Source of the DNA: Thelocarpon superellum
Lineage: Eukaryota
DNA length: 62,288 bases
Assembly (NCBI GenBank): GCA_026025795.1
Contig: JAPEUG010000062.1
Span: 1 to 62,288 of the forward strand
Direction: 5' to 3'
Shown: positions 41,953 to 56,583 of the stretch, piece by piece
Numbering within the stretch: the stretch's first letter is position 1
Layout: each line of letters begins with the position of its first letter
Made by a program: the position numbers and the translations under genes
Notes under the pieces: model-generated
What the model was told of the DNA's origin: nothing
Database searches by the model: none
Seen by the model: the letters and a program-made list of their open reading frames with translations, nothing else

Positions 41953-43204
41953 GATGATGTAACCGTCGAAGGGTGAAAGGGGGATGGCAGCCTCCGTTAA
42001 AAGGCTCGATCTTTGACATACGTGGGGAGGTGGACGCCTCGTCGACTCTGCCGCACTAGGTCACCCGCCCTGCGTCTGGGTACTTCCCGGGACTACGCCA
42101 GCATCAAATTGTACGAAGTAGCTACGGTCGTGGCCGCTGGGAGAAATCAAGCCTTCTCAAGCGTTGAGTAGGCCTCACCGAATCAAAATGCTAGTCAAAC
42201 AGCAAAAATGTCGATAATTTCATACGCCTCGAATGATATCCCACAGCACCGCGTCCTGGTCAATAGGGAGGTAAATTCGATAATATTATATTGTCCACAA
42301 TTCATGCGTTTTCCGTAGCCTTTCAATAGACTGCTGTCACTTCCGCGTTTGGCCTCGAGGGTTTCAGGTCTTTCCCCTCGTGGTATTTCGCTGTGCGAGC
42401 CGCCGATCATTGACCGACTAGCAACGAATCATCTGTGGTACGTGAACGTGATTTGACTTAGAGATTGATTCTCTGCTCTTCGCAACTGACTACCTACGTG
42501 TACTTCTCATAGGGAATAGGTTATCTTTCTCCGCTTCGTTCGTACAAGTACAATCAGTCACAGTGGCACACGGAAGCAGAAACCACCTGTCGGCCCGGTC
42601 CTTCCATCTACCCATCCATCCACAACAAAAGAGATGGGAGGCAGACGAAACACTCAATTCGCTCCATCCATTCATCCGGCGCAACGGTCGAATCAGATCG
42701 GTTCAATCAATCAATCAATCAATCAAGCCCCTTCCCTTTCCCAACAGGCCCCCAAAGATGCTTACGTACAGGTGAGAAAAGGTGAGAAGAAGATGGTGGG
42801 ACACGGCGAGAGAGCGAGAGTGTCTGGTGGAGAGAGAGAAAAGAGTCCTGCGCCGAAGAGAGACCAAATGAGTGAGATCTAAGGATCAGACAGGACAAGA
42901 CAAAGGTGGTGGAAGACGCAAACGGTTTAGTACCGTGAAACGTCACTCGGTGGTGACGGCAAGGGATCGGCAATGGTAGGGCGTGACGGGTTTGCCACCT
43001 TTGCTTCCCCGTAGCTGGCGCAAGGGGAATCGTTTCGTTCTTCGAATCAAACGGACGCCGATCAAACGCCCACCTGACACACTGTACAGATAAGGAGAAC
43101 CAGAGCACCAAACGGATCGGTCGGGGTGGGCGGGAGGACCAAGGCTAGAGCGCTGATGCGAAGAGTAGGAGAGTGTCGTAGTCATCAAGGTAAGCAAGGA
43201 GGCC

Positions 43205-44168
43205 TCAGGTTCCATCGGGATTCGTGACCTGGAACACGGTACGATTAGCTGCGTTGTGACATGAAGGTGGGGTGGGCGTGCTACCTTCAAGATTCGTCGA
43301 GAGTAATCTTGGTTGTCTGCGATGGATCCATCGCTCATTCTTCGCTGCATCATCACTGACGGCTCTAGTCGAGAGTCCGACACGGATGATGAGCTGTCGG
43401 TCTTGCCGGTGATACCGTTGATGGCTGCATTACGCCGGTACTCTTCCTCCACAGCTCGTCGCTTGCGTCCTCGCAGAAACAAGAACGTTCCTCCGGCCAA
43501 TGCTGCAATGGCCACCAGTCCAACGACCACACCCGCGGCGATAGCGGCCTTGTTAGGCCCGCTGGAGGTAGATTGTGTCGCGGCGGAACCATCGGATTGG
43601 CTCGGGGCCGTCACGACGATCGTCTGACCAGCTTCGGTGATGGTGGACGGCTGGCTGGACTTGGTCGTGGTCGGCGTGTTGGACGACGAAGGCGCAGAGG
43701 TCGTTGAAGGATTGCTGGAGCTGGAGCTCGACGCCGGCATGTTGGGCACTGTAGCCTCCGTGCCAGTCAACCACGCCCCCCAGAAGTTCTGTCCACCACC
43801 TGTAGCAAATGGTTAGCGACACGCTGTGGGGTATTCGTGCGTCGACGCTTACATTTCTGGCTGGGAAAGCCGTTGCACGGTGTGTTGCACTTGCTGTCGT
43901 CCACTTTGTCGCTCGGCGGCGGTAATTCGTCGCCGATCCAACAGTGGCTACCCGCCGTGAGAGCCATGACGGGCTTGTTGAACACGACGACGGTGAGGTT
44001 TTGGCACCATCCCGATGTCTGGAAGGTGTATGATCCCTGGTCCTGAAGAGTTCCACCGGCGGAGTAACATCCTTGATAAAGCGGCTGCTTCAGGCCTTGT
44101 CCCAGAACGACCGTGGCCGTACACAGGAGCGACGAGATCGTCAACAGGACCTGTGATGATGACTTCAT
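43205..44168 (-). CDS. WSC1: WSC-domain cell wall integrity sensor; 3 exons
   Basis: Signal peptide, Cys-rich WSC domain (YQGCYS..FQTSGWCQ..CWIG..CNTPCNGFP), Ser/Thr stalk, one TM, tail RRMSDGSIADNQDYSRRILK/VTNPD. Confidence 0.92.
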
Positions 44169-47100
44169 CTTATCGGACGTGATTGAGATGGGTGGGGAGA
44201 TGTAAGATATCAGGTCGCACGTTCGACCGGTCAAGCGCCTGTAGATTCTCGAAACCAGGGTCAGCGATTGATGGACCCGATGGAAGCGACCGTGAGAGGA
44301 GATAGTATGTAGGAATGCACTGACCTTTGTTCAAAGCGCAGACTATGGGGACATGAATAAGATGTCGCGGTCGTGACCCGAGTCACTGAAATCCCGAAAC
44401 GTCGGTCGATCCTCTGTTCGTTGCGGGAACGGATGTGTCCTCCGGATGACACGGAATGTGATGGTCGCGGACGAGCGGACTCGGAAGACTTTCGCACTGC
44501 AAAAGCCCAAGGAGATCCACGGTCGGCGGTCGCGGTCGGCGGTCAGTCGCGGGCGGCCGTGAGCAAAACCCGGGGACACTGTCGTGTTGACCGCACACGA
44601 TCTTCCTCTCCAATTCCGTCGGCAAGATGGCGTCAATGAAGACAGGTGTCGTGCGAGAGGAGGAATGAGGGCAGTCGCGTTGGCCGGATGGGTGCGGGTG
44701 AGCGGAGATTTCGACCTTCCGGATGCGTGCCGAAAGCCCCCTTTCTCCGACCACAACAACAGTGAAACGACAGTGAGGAAGACCCGAGGTCAAACGAACG
44801 TGGCGTGAGAATGTAGCACGCCCGACAAGACCAACTGGAAGGAGGGTCAGTCTGAAGGGAGGGCGATGTCTTCAGGCGTGGGTTGCTGAATCACAGACGA
44901 CGAGAGGATGGAGAGAGGATTGTGAAGAAAGCGTGGTTGGCGGCGAGGGCGCGTGCCAAGGAACGTTTGGGAGGGGGGAAGCCGACGGGCAGCAGGGAAA
45001 GGGCCTGGTCAGCATAAGCCCGGCCGCGCCGGAGTGTGTGAGAGAGTTGAGCGAGTGAGAGATTAGCCAACGTGGATTGGCGCTGTTGGGTGCGCCCGCG
45101 GTACCAAGTTCAGCAACGCTGGCGAGCTCGGTCAGGGCGACGCACGGGATCGGTCGGGAATGGGTGGTGGTACGCGAGCGCGATTGGCCACGGTTCAGCT
45201 TTTTACGGGGTTGCCCCTGGCTCGCTAGGCGCTAGCACCGTCCGCAGGCCAGCATCGGGCCTACCGTGCGACAAGTCACTTGCCGCTTGCAGAAGAGGGG
45301 GCCCGGATAATATTGAGCAGCATTGAATTGTTGCTGACGCCTATCGTGCGAGAATCTTACGCAGGACCTGTTCGAGTCGGAGCGAGGGTCCTTCCATTCA
45401 TGCCCTGTTGATCCACCATCCACTGCCAACAAGCAACGGTCAGGCACTGGAGTCCGTGCATTGCGACGACCTGTGCTTCGTAGTCATCACCAATTCCCCA
45501 CATCCTCGCCTACTGCGACGCGATCTCGTCCACACGGACGACCTGGTCCATGCAGCGGACGAGGGAATGATTCGGCGCACTGACGCACTCGCTCTCGTTG
45601 TTTGCCGACCGTAACCTCCGTCGTACCAGAGTCGGCCCCAAAAGCTTCGGCAAGGCGAGCAGCGCCACTGGTCGACGGAGAACGGGGGACAAGGACCGGC
45701 AAGGATCATCGATGGGAGGGGAACGAGGGCGCGACGACGGTCCTTTGCACCGTTTCACCACTAGTCAGGTACCAGGAACGCCCCTCCCACCAAGCGACCT
45801 CGTTACCCGACCAGCCTAACCACGGAGATGACTTCTGTTCCAAGTATCGGTACGCGGCCGCGGCCCGATGCTCGCCCACGTACCGGTACAAGTACATACG
45901 CGGGTCTCTTCTCCACTCGTCTTCGCCGCAGGTTACCGGCACTTTCCACGATCCGGTCGTGGGAACGAGTATTACGGGTACCCGTACCTACGAGTACGAG
46001 GGTCGTTGCATAAGACCTGACACTGATGATCTCACCCGGAGGGCTGTGCTGCGGCCAGATCCGACGCAAATGCTGGCGCGTTCCACCATGCCGAGAAGGC
46101 CGTGCATCATCGTCATCCGAGGTCGAGTGACCGCCGATTTCTTCAAGAAGCAAGCGGGCGCGTGCGAGGATCAGCGAGGCCGAGTGCGGATCGTCTCGAT
46201 ATATCGATGATCGGGCGCAGGTCTGTTTGCGAACGCGGACACATTCCCTCCGGCCACCCCTGCCTTTTTTGGCAGCCGCGCGCATTCTGAATGACGACAC
46301 GCCCCACTACTGGCCGAGCGGCTTCCGCCGTCAGCCAACGGGGCCAAAATTGCCACGGTCGTACAACAGCACGCAGGTGGTACCATGCCTTCGTGCATGG
46401 GTCGAATCAAAATCGTCACCTCCCAGCGGGAAAGGGGTGGTCGGTCCGGCCGCGGCCCACCCGACCAATCTATTTATGCCCGTCGTAGAACTTGTACAGG
46501 TACGCCTGTCTTTCCGACCAGTCTTGTAAGGCTGACCATGGCGAGCTCCGACACACCATAACCAGATCTCGTACATAACGAGGATCATGCGTCAGGCGGT
46601 TCTCGGGAAAGGGAACCCAGCTAACCAACGACTTAACTCGTCTGCTTGGATATTCTTCATGATCCAAGTTCACACGCTCGGTCTCCAGCCGCTGCCGCCG
46701 ATCGGAGACGACAGGTCACGGACGACTTATCTCGTGCCTTCATGCCCACCCGAACGGGCCCGCAGAGAATACCTGGGGCAATCACGAAGTACTCGTCCTG
46801 GGTTTTCGGCCCTCGGTCATGCGACCGGCCCTTCTGTCAGCCAACACGCCATTCGAACATTCTCCGTACCCGTACTCTATAGCCAGGTATACCTGGGCAG
46901 ACCCTTGGAAGGCGTTGACCATGAAAGGGAAACCGTATCCAGGGAGAGACGGCCCTTCCAGAAGGCCGAGGGGCGAATGGATGACGGACGAGCCGCTCTT
47001 AGGGCCGGCTACGGCAGGTCGTGTTGCAGAAACCTGACCTTTGAGCAGTGCGCGTAAACGGATTGCGCCCCGGCCAGCATGGATCTGGAGTAGACTCGCG

Positions 47101-47725
47101 CCAGTCACGAACAAGCCCTCGGCCACGGCTCGGGTTACTTGTCCCGACGTTTCGGATTCTTCATGAAAGTCCCGCTCACGTGATCCGCGGAGGAAGCGGC
47201 GCCCCGCTAGAGCGGGTTTGTGGCGGGCACAGGGCAGGATCACGCGAAACTGTCGCGCTAAGACCAAGCGACGCGTGCTCCCGAACGCGTCGCGATGGCG
47301 TCAACCGAGGCGGGGCCAATCACCGCCCTTCGACGTGGCGAAGGCAGAGAGATAAGCGGCCTGGTCCACGTCCATCTGATCGGCCGCGTTCGATTTCGGC
47401 CTGGGCCAGTGGACTTACGGCTGTGGTAGGAGTGACTAATTACAGCTATCGTGTACATACAGACGGGGGGGACAGTGCTCCACGCGGGCCTTAGGCACGG
47501 GCCTTGACGGATGTGCAGAAGGAAGACCGGGCCATCGCGTCGTCCCCAGATACCATGGACCAAGCAGACCGCGTAAGGGAAGAGACGGCCGCGGGAGGTG
47601 TGGAAATTCGTAGCCAACGAAATAGGATCGGTGGAGGAAAGAGACTCGTGATCATGAGGTTCGTCCTGTGAGTGGTCCGCCGTAAGAAACCACCCGAAAC
47701 AAAAGAGAGGCCGCGGCGGAGCCCA

Positions 47726-49002
47726 TCAGGAAACCAGCTCGCCCCCGAGCTCCATCCCCAGGCCCGTCTGCTTCGTACTTCCGCCCGTCAGCGCGTTAAG
47801 GTGCGGACTACCCGTAGGCGGCACCAGCGCGTCGAAGTTGAGCCGTCGCCGCGCCTCTCGGGCGGCCAAGGGCGTCTTCGCCGTGGCCGGCGTTCGATTA
47901 TTCCAACCACCTTGAGCCGGACTGGGCGTGATGTTGACAAAGTCGGCAAAGTTGAAGCCTTGCGACGGCGTGTTCGGGGCCCCGTATCCCCCTAGATATG
48001 CACCGCCGCTGGGGGTGGTCATCATCGACGATGGCAACGCGAGATTGCGAGATGGTGGCGTCGACGGAGGGAAGATACGGGCCTTCAAGGCGGGGTTGGC
48101 CGGGGACGGAGAGGTGGCCAGGTACAAGAGCAGGTCGGCACCTTCCTCACCAGTCGCGGGATTGCGCGAGGCGGAGGAATCGAGCTCTGAATGGTGCAGC
48201 CGGGCCGACCGGGCTCGAGTGGGTGGTGGCGTGCGAGGAGGTGAGGAATGCACGTGCGACGAAGCGGAGCCAGAAGGATATTGCGGAAGGGGGAGATCTT
48301 GTTCATCCTCATCAGGTGTGGAGGCCAACTTCATGGAGGGATCGTGGGGAATGGTCGCAGTGTCGGAGGCAAAGGAGAGCGTCGGGGGCTGGGGAATGGA
48401 GAAGGGGAAGGGCTGTCGCTCGTAGACCGGAGACGATTGGGGGAGGCGATGGACATCTTTCCAGACCGCCCGTGAGGCTCGGCCCTGGGAGGTGCCATTG
48501 GTCATGGACCGCGCCCGCAAGTGCGAATTTGGCGTCGAGCCGGGATGCTCGAAAGTCCGCTGCTGCTTCGCACGTTTCCGCGACACCCCGCTGTCGCCGG
48601 AGCGAGCGATCTCGTCCGAGAAGATGGCCGCTCCACTGGGAGATGAAGAGCTCAGGAGGGCCGAGGGATAGATGGTGTCCGACACGCTGGACGACGAGTC
48701 GGAGACCGTCTCGCCACTCGAACTGGGACGCTTCCGCTTCAGTTCCATGTCGACTTTGGGCTCAATGGTGTCGAGGTCGAGGTTCTCCCAGCCGTGCTTG
48801 GTCTTGAATCGGGCCAATGCCAGGCGGGTCTGGAGCAGACGGGCCATCTGTCGTACGAGGTCAGCCATCGCTGGTCAGGATACGGGGAGGGGATGAAGGG
48901 CGGTGCTGGCACCGGTTACAACGAGCTTACCTTGGCAACCTCGGCCCGCCGCAAGACTTTGTCAACGACGCCGACAGGCTCTCGGATTCCCCACGCCGAC
49001 AT
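47726..49002 (-). CDS. Whi5/Nrm1-like protein (GTB-type motif), S/T-P rich; 2 exons
   Basis: LQTRLALARFKTKHGWENLDLDTIE motif, EGADLLLYLATSPSP, many SP/TP sites; intron 48848-48930. Confidence 0.8.
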
Positions 49003-50432
49003 GTTTGCTGGTGGTTGGGATCCGGTGAGGTGCGAAATCCAGAGGGTCGGCAGAGTCAGGAGCTTGCCAGAGGATCATGCAGGCGGAAGGGATGGTGGTT
49101 GTTAGGGACGGGAAACGGGAAACGGTTCAGGATAGCAAGCGGTGTGGCTGCGGCGGCACAGAGGGGAGGCGAGCGGTTCGGCGGGTACTCGTACGGCAGG
49201 ACACAACCCAGTTGCTACAGCGTCGTACGCACCATGAACTCCACGCGCTTGGGCCCCGAGGATTCGCCAGAGTTTGACAGCGCACGAGGCAGGGCACGAG
49301 ATACATGCATCGGTCGATGGAATCAAAGGCAATGGAGACAAGTCGCGATTCCAGCTGGGGTCGGGCCTACCCCAAAATTGCCCATGCACGACACCACCTG
49401 AGCTGGAGGCAGATGGAAGGGAAGGGGCCTGGGTGATTGGCTCCAGTCGAATGGATGGAATCAGCGTTAGCGACTTGCGCCGTGTGGAATGCGGCGCTAA
49501 GACGGGAATAATTTCTTGCTGGGCTGGGAGCCGCCTAGAGGAGCAGCCTTGATGCGTTCTGGCTGAGCGAACAACGGAGCGAATGCCGACTCCCCTACCC
49601 CGGTCTTCAGCATCCCTCTCTCAGCTCCAACGCATTATTGAGTGGTGCGTGGTGAGCCCCACGTCTACGATGTTTTAAAGTACGCAGCCACTTCGCGGGA
49701 CCAGCCTCCAGTGCCTTTCTTGCCAACTGGACGAGCGTTGGTGAAACTCCTGTAGGGTGTGCAATCGTCTCGCAGATGGATGACGGAAACGCTGACACAG
49801 GCGGGTGGCCACTTCCTCTGACCGCCACGCCATGCCGGCGTTGAAGCGCTCGCCATGAGACACCGTTCACCATGATCTCCGGGCCTCTGCATTGAGATGA
49901 CGCTTTTCGTAGACGAAGGTACTCGGCCATGCATTCCCTCGTCACATGTAATGCGTAGCCCTCTCAACCGATCTGTCCTGTTCACTTTCGGTAGGCATCC
50001 GGTAGGCATCCGGTAGGCATCTTGGCCGCCCATGCCTCCCCCTGTGGCTCCATCGCAAGCGATTACGAGTAATTGGCTTGGCTTAGGTAAATCGTAGATT
50101 ACAGGCCAATATCACCAACCACCAGAACCAAGCAAACCACGCTAAGCTCCACGAGCGTCACGCAAGACAACGAGCTTCCTTGGACCCGACCGCTTGTTCC
50201 ATTGTCCGACCTGACATTGCCTCTGCCATAGGTCTGAAACATCGCGAGTACTCGTTCGGCAGTAGAGGTGCCTATTCTCTCCTCTCGATCTCGCGCCTGA
50301 CGAGATCGCGGTCGGAGATGGTCCTGACATTCCTGCGCTGACGCCATCCTCCCTTTCCATCCTCCGCTCACGACTGACCGACATTGAATACGGTGCGGCG
50401 CCGGTCGATTCAGTGCGCCACTTGAACCGAGC

Positions 50433-53097
50433 ATGCCCTTCTTCAAAGACCTGCGCCGACGATCCAGAGCCAGCTTCTTGACCAGCAATTCCACCGACGA
50501 CTTAGCCACGGCCAACGGCAATGGCCATGCGCACGCCGTCGTGAATGGGACCGGGAATGGCCACTTAGCAGCCAACGACGACGGGAAAGCTCCGGCGACC
50601 CAGTCCTCGTCGACCCTGAGTTCCGGATACGGATCGTCCACACCGCCCAGCTCGATCCAATATCAGCTGTCCGCGCCGAACCTGCAAGGGCTGGCCAGCG
50701 CACAACCTCCCGTCCCGCCCCGGCCCTCCTTGCCGCCGTCCCCGCAGGTCAATAACCGGTACAGCATCACGGTAAGCACGTCCGACCGCGCCCTTCACGT
50801 CCCCGGAGCGGCGACGTGAGCGAGGCGCGCACGTCATGTACGCTCATGCTGACCGCAACGTTTTGCGGCAGGGCTTGGGGACGCCGTCCATCAATGGATC
50901 GATTCGACCGACCCAACCAACCTCGCCACTGGCTCCGCGAGTGTGGTCGGTCAGCGAGAATTCATGGGTAGGTGCTCGTTGGCGTCGATGCGAAGACGCA
51001 ATGCGTAGGCTAACCGCCACTGGTGCAGGTCCACCAAAAGGTCTTGTTGATCTTCGGTCAAGCCGGCGACCCGTCTCAACAATCACTCGACGGGACTCTG
51101 ACGGTGTGCCATCACCAAGATAGCTTCCCTCCCATTCAATGGCCGGTGTGCGACTCGTACTTCAAGGCGCTCGTCTATCTTACGCCCGGCCCCAACCGCC
51201 TGCGTCTGGACTTCACCTCGCCCAAGCTGCAATCGAACGGCTCGTCCTCCAATCCGGCTCACTCGTCATGGATCAACATCAACTACCTCCCGCTGGTCTC
51301 GTCGCCGCCCCTGCAGCTCGCCATCCTCGTGGCCAAGGACTCGCCCTTGTCCTTTGACGCCGTGCCAGAGCGCATCGAGCGGGAGGGCAATGGCATTGAC
51401 ACGGCCATCCGGAAGTTCCGCATGGCCGCGTACCTCTGGCAGGCGTACACGGGGGAGCAGATGTACCGGAATCGGTTCGGACGACGCTGCTTCCGCTTCG
51501 AAGAGGAGTGGCAGACGGGCACGTTGACCTTCCGGGATCGAGATGTGGGTCAGATGCGCAACGAGGCCAAGATCCACATCATTCGGGCGGACAAGACGGT
51601 CAAGGAAATCCAGGATCTGGACGTTGCACAACAGTACGCAAGCGCATCGCGCAAAGGGGAACTGTTCAGTATTGCCATGGATGCGGTGCGCAATTACTTC
51701 CAGCCCATGGCCAACCAGAAGCAATACGTCTCGGTGTTACTTCTTGATTCCCATTGGGATCCTAACGTGGGCACGATTCGTGGGCACGCGGCGCTCGGCG
51801 GCGGCGCGGGCGAGATTCAGTTGGCCGTCTTTGGCTCTCAGGCCCTGCAGAGCTATCCGTCCAGCCTCGAAGAGGTCGTTCCCGCCTTTTCGGACTGCAC
51901 GCGGACGGATACGGCGTACGTAGCCAACGACCTCAACGAGTCGGGCAGCAACTGGGAATCGGCCAACATCGGGATCGGGGCGCATCTGCACGAGACGGGC
52001 CACCTTTTCGGGTGCCCGCACCAAGTCAACGGGGTGATGGCGCGCGACTACGTGACGCTCAATCGCACCTTCACCTGCCGTGAGCCCTTCTCCACACGTA
52101 CTCAATCACCGGGGATGCGGCTGTGCCTCCCCAAAGATGAGTGCAACTGGCATCGACTCGACTGCCTCCGCTTTCGCTTCCACCCTTGCTTTCGCCTTCC
52201 CACCGACTCCTCCATCAACACCGATGCGAGCGTGCAGGTGTGGGCGGTCGATAATGGCAACGTCATGGTCACGGCAGCGACCGGCGTGGCCTTTATCGAG
52301 CTCTTTGCGGAGGAAGAGGAGTGCCGCACTCATATCGAATATCTGGAGAACAACGGTCCGAGCGGACCGCCGCGGCAGATCACGCTGAGCGAGGCGGACC
52401 TTCGAATCCGCGTGGGAGAAGAGCGGCGGCACCGGCGATTGAAGTTGAAAATCCATTCGGCGGGGCAGGGCGAGCATGTCGTCGAGGACTTCAGTGTGCT
52501 CACGTCCAAGCGATCGACCTTTAAGCTTCCAAATGGACAGATGGGCTTCCGCGGGAGCAAGCTTGGCTTTTCGCAAATGGAGGGGAGTCGGCCTCAGGAG
52601 GTGATCTTGGAGAGCGCCATGGTGCAGACGAAACTGCTCGTGCAGATCAAGGTGTACCATGGCTTCGCACTTGATGGGATCGAGTTTGTTTACGAGGATT
52701 ACACGAGCCAGCTTTTCGGGTCCAAGGGCGGCAAAGAAGGGGGCAGCAAATTCGACCTAGGTATGGATGGATTACAAGGGGGCTCGTTTCCTTGCTGCGC
52801 GGAGCTGACCATTCTCCAGATACTCGACGCGGGGAGATTTTGATGGGCTTTTACCTGCGCGCTGGAGTGTGGATTGACGGGCTCGAGATCCTGACCAGTT
52901 TGGGCCGTCGATCAGGGGTCTTTGGCAATCCTATCGGAGGCTCTGGGTATGTGCAGTTCACCCGGCCACGAGATTCTACGTACTGACTGATAATCCGCAG
53001 CCATACGTTGATTCCGCCTCGGGGATATAGTATCGCCGGCATTTCGGGATCGTGTGGTCCGTGGGTGGACGGGTTTTCGCTGATCATCACTCGATGA
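50433..53097 (+). CDS. Putative zinc metallopeptidase (YIL108W-like) with C-terminal jacalin-like domain; multi-exon
   Basis: HETGHLFGCPH zinc motif, KFRMAAYLWQA, GHAALGG; C-terminal LDGIEF, WIDGLE and GPWVDGF segments. Confidence 0.88.
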
Positions 53098-55839
53098 GGA
53101 GGCGAAAGCAGATGGATCTACCATTGTGCCGACCTACCTATACGAGCGTGCACCACCGCCACGTGGGCAATGTTCGCCCAATAGCTTCCGTCGACTTGGG
53201 GGCCAACGGGGGGTCCTTTGTCTACCCTTTCATTCCCCACATCTCATTCATCAGGTACGGGAAGGAGGCATCAGGGCAGGGGGCCGGTCATGAAATATAG
53301 AGGGCACAGGAGGTTAGATATCCTTATATCGGTATCGGGTTTTGTTGAATGGGGGTTTATTGGAGGCAGGTAATGGAGGCGAGAGTTGATTCCAGGCTCA
53401 AGGGTCTGGCATTTTGCATTCTTCTTTACGGCAAGAGGGCAGCAACCCCGGCCAAGAATTTACATGTAGCACGTGACCTCTGACTTTCAACCCCTGACTT
53501 TCGACCTCTGACCGCGTACTGATGAAAGGCCCAACTAGCCAAATATCCGGGGCTCTAGATGAACATTGACGCCAACTCTTTAGGATCCCCTCTCTCGCGC
53601 ACATCACACTTGGCAGACGAGACAGGACCCAAGCAGACGCAGGCATACGCGTACCTGTTGCTGATCAGTCCCACATTCAGCAGCGGAGCACTCGTAGATA
53701 GGCAACGTTCCTTGCCTGGTCTTTCGTGAGGGACGAATCATTTCCCTTTCGCCACTCGAGCCTCGACAGTCCTAATGCTAGCAGGACATGCCAAGAAACG
53801 ATCGATCGGTCAGCAATGACCGATGCTGATGGAGAAAGAGGGTTCACCGGCACAGAGGAGGGTTCAGCGTGCACAGCCACACTTGGATGTGGGAACAATG
53901 TCGACGTAGCCAATGAAAGGACCGACGGAGGCGCAGCTGGACAGCTCCGTAGAGAGTGGGTCTCCACTCGTACCCTCCGGAGACGCGTCCGCAGAACCTC
54001 TGGCATCCCTGACCGGACCCTCTCTCGCACGTCTCGGAAGCTAGGCCCGACTGAGGCCTTGAATCGGGAAGATACCCTCTTTCTTTCCTTTCCCCTGTGT
54101 TAGCCTAATGGGAAGGGGGGGGAAAGTGGAGCGGGGGGAAGTTCGAAGAAGGTAAGGGCTTGCGTGGTATGACGTCAAGATCAGACTACGCTCATGCACC
54201 GCAACGCGGCGTTTTTGCCCCGACAACCGGGAAACGCTTCCCGTGATCAGACGACCTCGAGCGTCGATCTCTACCATGCAGACCATGCAGACCATGCAAG
54301 AGCCCTTTGGCGTCTCAATGCTCGATTGAGGACAATCGCCCGATTGAGGGAGTTTCAGCCTCAATCGAAGTGTGGTGGTCTCGGTACGTCTGTGGTGCAG
54401 AATGAACGGACGGGCCAATCGCTGGCTTCTGGAATGATTTCTCACCTCTTCCTTCGGTACAAGTACGGATCCCATCCTCATACGCCACAATTACCCCACA
54501 ATCTCCACTTTCGACGTTCAATCAGAGCCTCCTTTCTTGTCCTCGTGGCCATTTCCTCCTGCCGTCGGTGCAGGACTTTGCCACGTACCCACCTATGTAC
54601 AGTCGTCGACATGGTTAGAATTAGTACTTGATGCGCAGGTTAGAGTCACCCCACCTCCCCTTCTCCACTTCCTGTCTTCCATCTCCCGCCTTTCGCCCTT
54701 CCGCCTACGCGTCTTTTTCTCGACTTGCCATGATGTACATGCCCAGATCTCTCTCAAAGCACTGCAACAGCTCGCTCCCGTTGTTTAGTCATCGGCAGAG
54801 GGTCATCATAGCCCGCGGCTGGAATATCCATAGCGTAAAGGCAGGGAGACATGGTAATGCCATGGTGCCACGCGTTGACCAGGCGTGGGGTGATCATGAT
54901 GTAACGGATGGCGTTGTGCTTCCGACATGGCACCACCGGTCACGGGGTTGCTAACGAGCATCGGTACTGTAGATGATAACCCTACTCCTACCATGCTACT
55001 AGCAGTAGTACGGGTAGGGACTATACAAGTAGTAAGCGGCTCCACCGCCACAGCTCGGCACCACGGAGCGGTGACACCCTTGCTCGGAGACACTCTGACC
55101 CACAGGCATGGCCATCAAGCTGTTACGTCCAACAACGATCATATGCCGCACCCCATCTGCAACCGCAATGCACTTGCGCCGGCTAGCTTGGCCCCTCTCC
55201 TCCGTCGAAGTGCGAGTGATAAGGAATAAGACGGCAGGGTAAGGCCGTCGTGCCGGTTTACCTTCGGGGGACCTCTTCCCTCCATCCCTCTCGTCTCGCT
55301 TACTTGGAACTCCCTCCCTTGTGGCTGAAATGACATCATGGCGCAGACTTGATTCCGTACGTGGCCCGTATTGAGATCTCCACCAACCCAAGCGAAGCGG
55401 ATGGCGTGAAGTTGTAGCGTAGCCTGAAAAGTCCATGCACGTGCGGACGTGCATGGACCAACTGGCCCGCGTGTATGCGGGTGCGAGAACCGACGCGTCG
55501 TGGCGCTGAACCGCACCCACCCAAATTTCCTGGTAATTCGGATTTCAACGTCTGCCGTGCTTTCACCGCCACGGGAGGGAGGGGAGCGCAGAGCGCAGGG
55601 CGGAAGCACACGTGTGATTTGTCACCTTCTCTACGCATCCAGCTACCGTAGGCTCTGGTAGAGGATGGTATGAATACCCGGCCCCGCGGCAGGCCGTGTG
55701 CCCTTAGAAAGCAATGTGTGCGGGGGCCGTACAGCAGCCTCCTCAAGTGGGTCCGAGAGAAAAGTCCTTGCGGCTATTGCTGCGAGTACGGTTGCGGTAA
55801 CCGAGCTTACGCCACGGCAGTATCGTAGGGGACGAAGTA

Positions 55840-55867
55840 CCACTACTACTACTGGTAGTAGTAGTGG
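55840..55867. repeat. Perfect 13-bp inverted repeat (CCACTACTACTAC-TG-GTAGTAGTAGTGG)
   Basis: Arms are exact reverse complements with a 2-nt spacer. Confidence 0.85.
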
Positions 55868-56542
55868 AGTAGGATGATGCTCTGGTGCGAATCTCAGACT
55901 GGTATGTGGCACCCGGTGCTGGTACCGTGGGAGTGCTCATGCTACCATGCAAGTACTCGTATGGTCCAACACGCCACGAGGGCAACGCGACGCTTAGGTA
56001 CGGCAGGAAGGGGCGGAAAGAGCCTACGGCTTTTGCTTAGGCCGAGTCGAGCACCTGCTCCGCCGTGGCTGCCACAGGCCGTTGCCGCAGCGGCCTGTGG
56101 CAGCGGCGGGCTTAAGCCACGTACGCTACGTGTCCGCCTCGTCGCACGGACGCTTGTACGTCTAGGAGGACGCCACCAAAGCATCTTAATTTGGCTTTTG
56201 GACCCATGGGCGCCGCATTGTGTCTGGCTATGTCATGGTATGTCGCTGCGCGATTGTCATTGGGCACCTCATTGCGGCCTGATTTGGTCAATTATCGCTG
56301 TGGCGCGGAGCTGCTGAGCCCTGGTATCTTTGCGCAAATAGTAACACAAGGCTAGGCAACGCGACGCTGGAAGGAACAAGGCAAAAGCGCAAGACCCTGT
56401 CTTGGTGTTGTGCTATACCAAAGGCACCAAAGCATGGACGTGAGGTTGCTGTCAGGGATGGTGACATCGGGCAATTAATGCTGACAAGAACATGGTGCAA
56501 ATGCGTCAAAAAGCATGTATGCTGCGTATGCGCGGATTCGTG

Positions 56543-56583
56543 TGCGAGTGCGAGTGCGAGTGCGAGTGCGTGTGCGTGTGCGT
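56543..56583. repeat. (TGCGAG)/(TGCGTG) hexamer microsatellite
   Basis: About 7 tandem units visible. Confidence 0.85.

Noticed and set aside
39905..42480. Terminal inverted repeats around the 40-42 kb island (also sought around 11-12.5 kb)
   Set aside because: None found by eye; a dot-plot is needed to exclude short or eroded ones.
44169..47725. tRNA genes or coding ORFs in the long intergenic region
   Set aside because: GTTCGA-like matches lack cloverleaf context, and the ORFs show no recognisable motifs.
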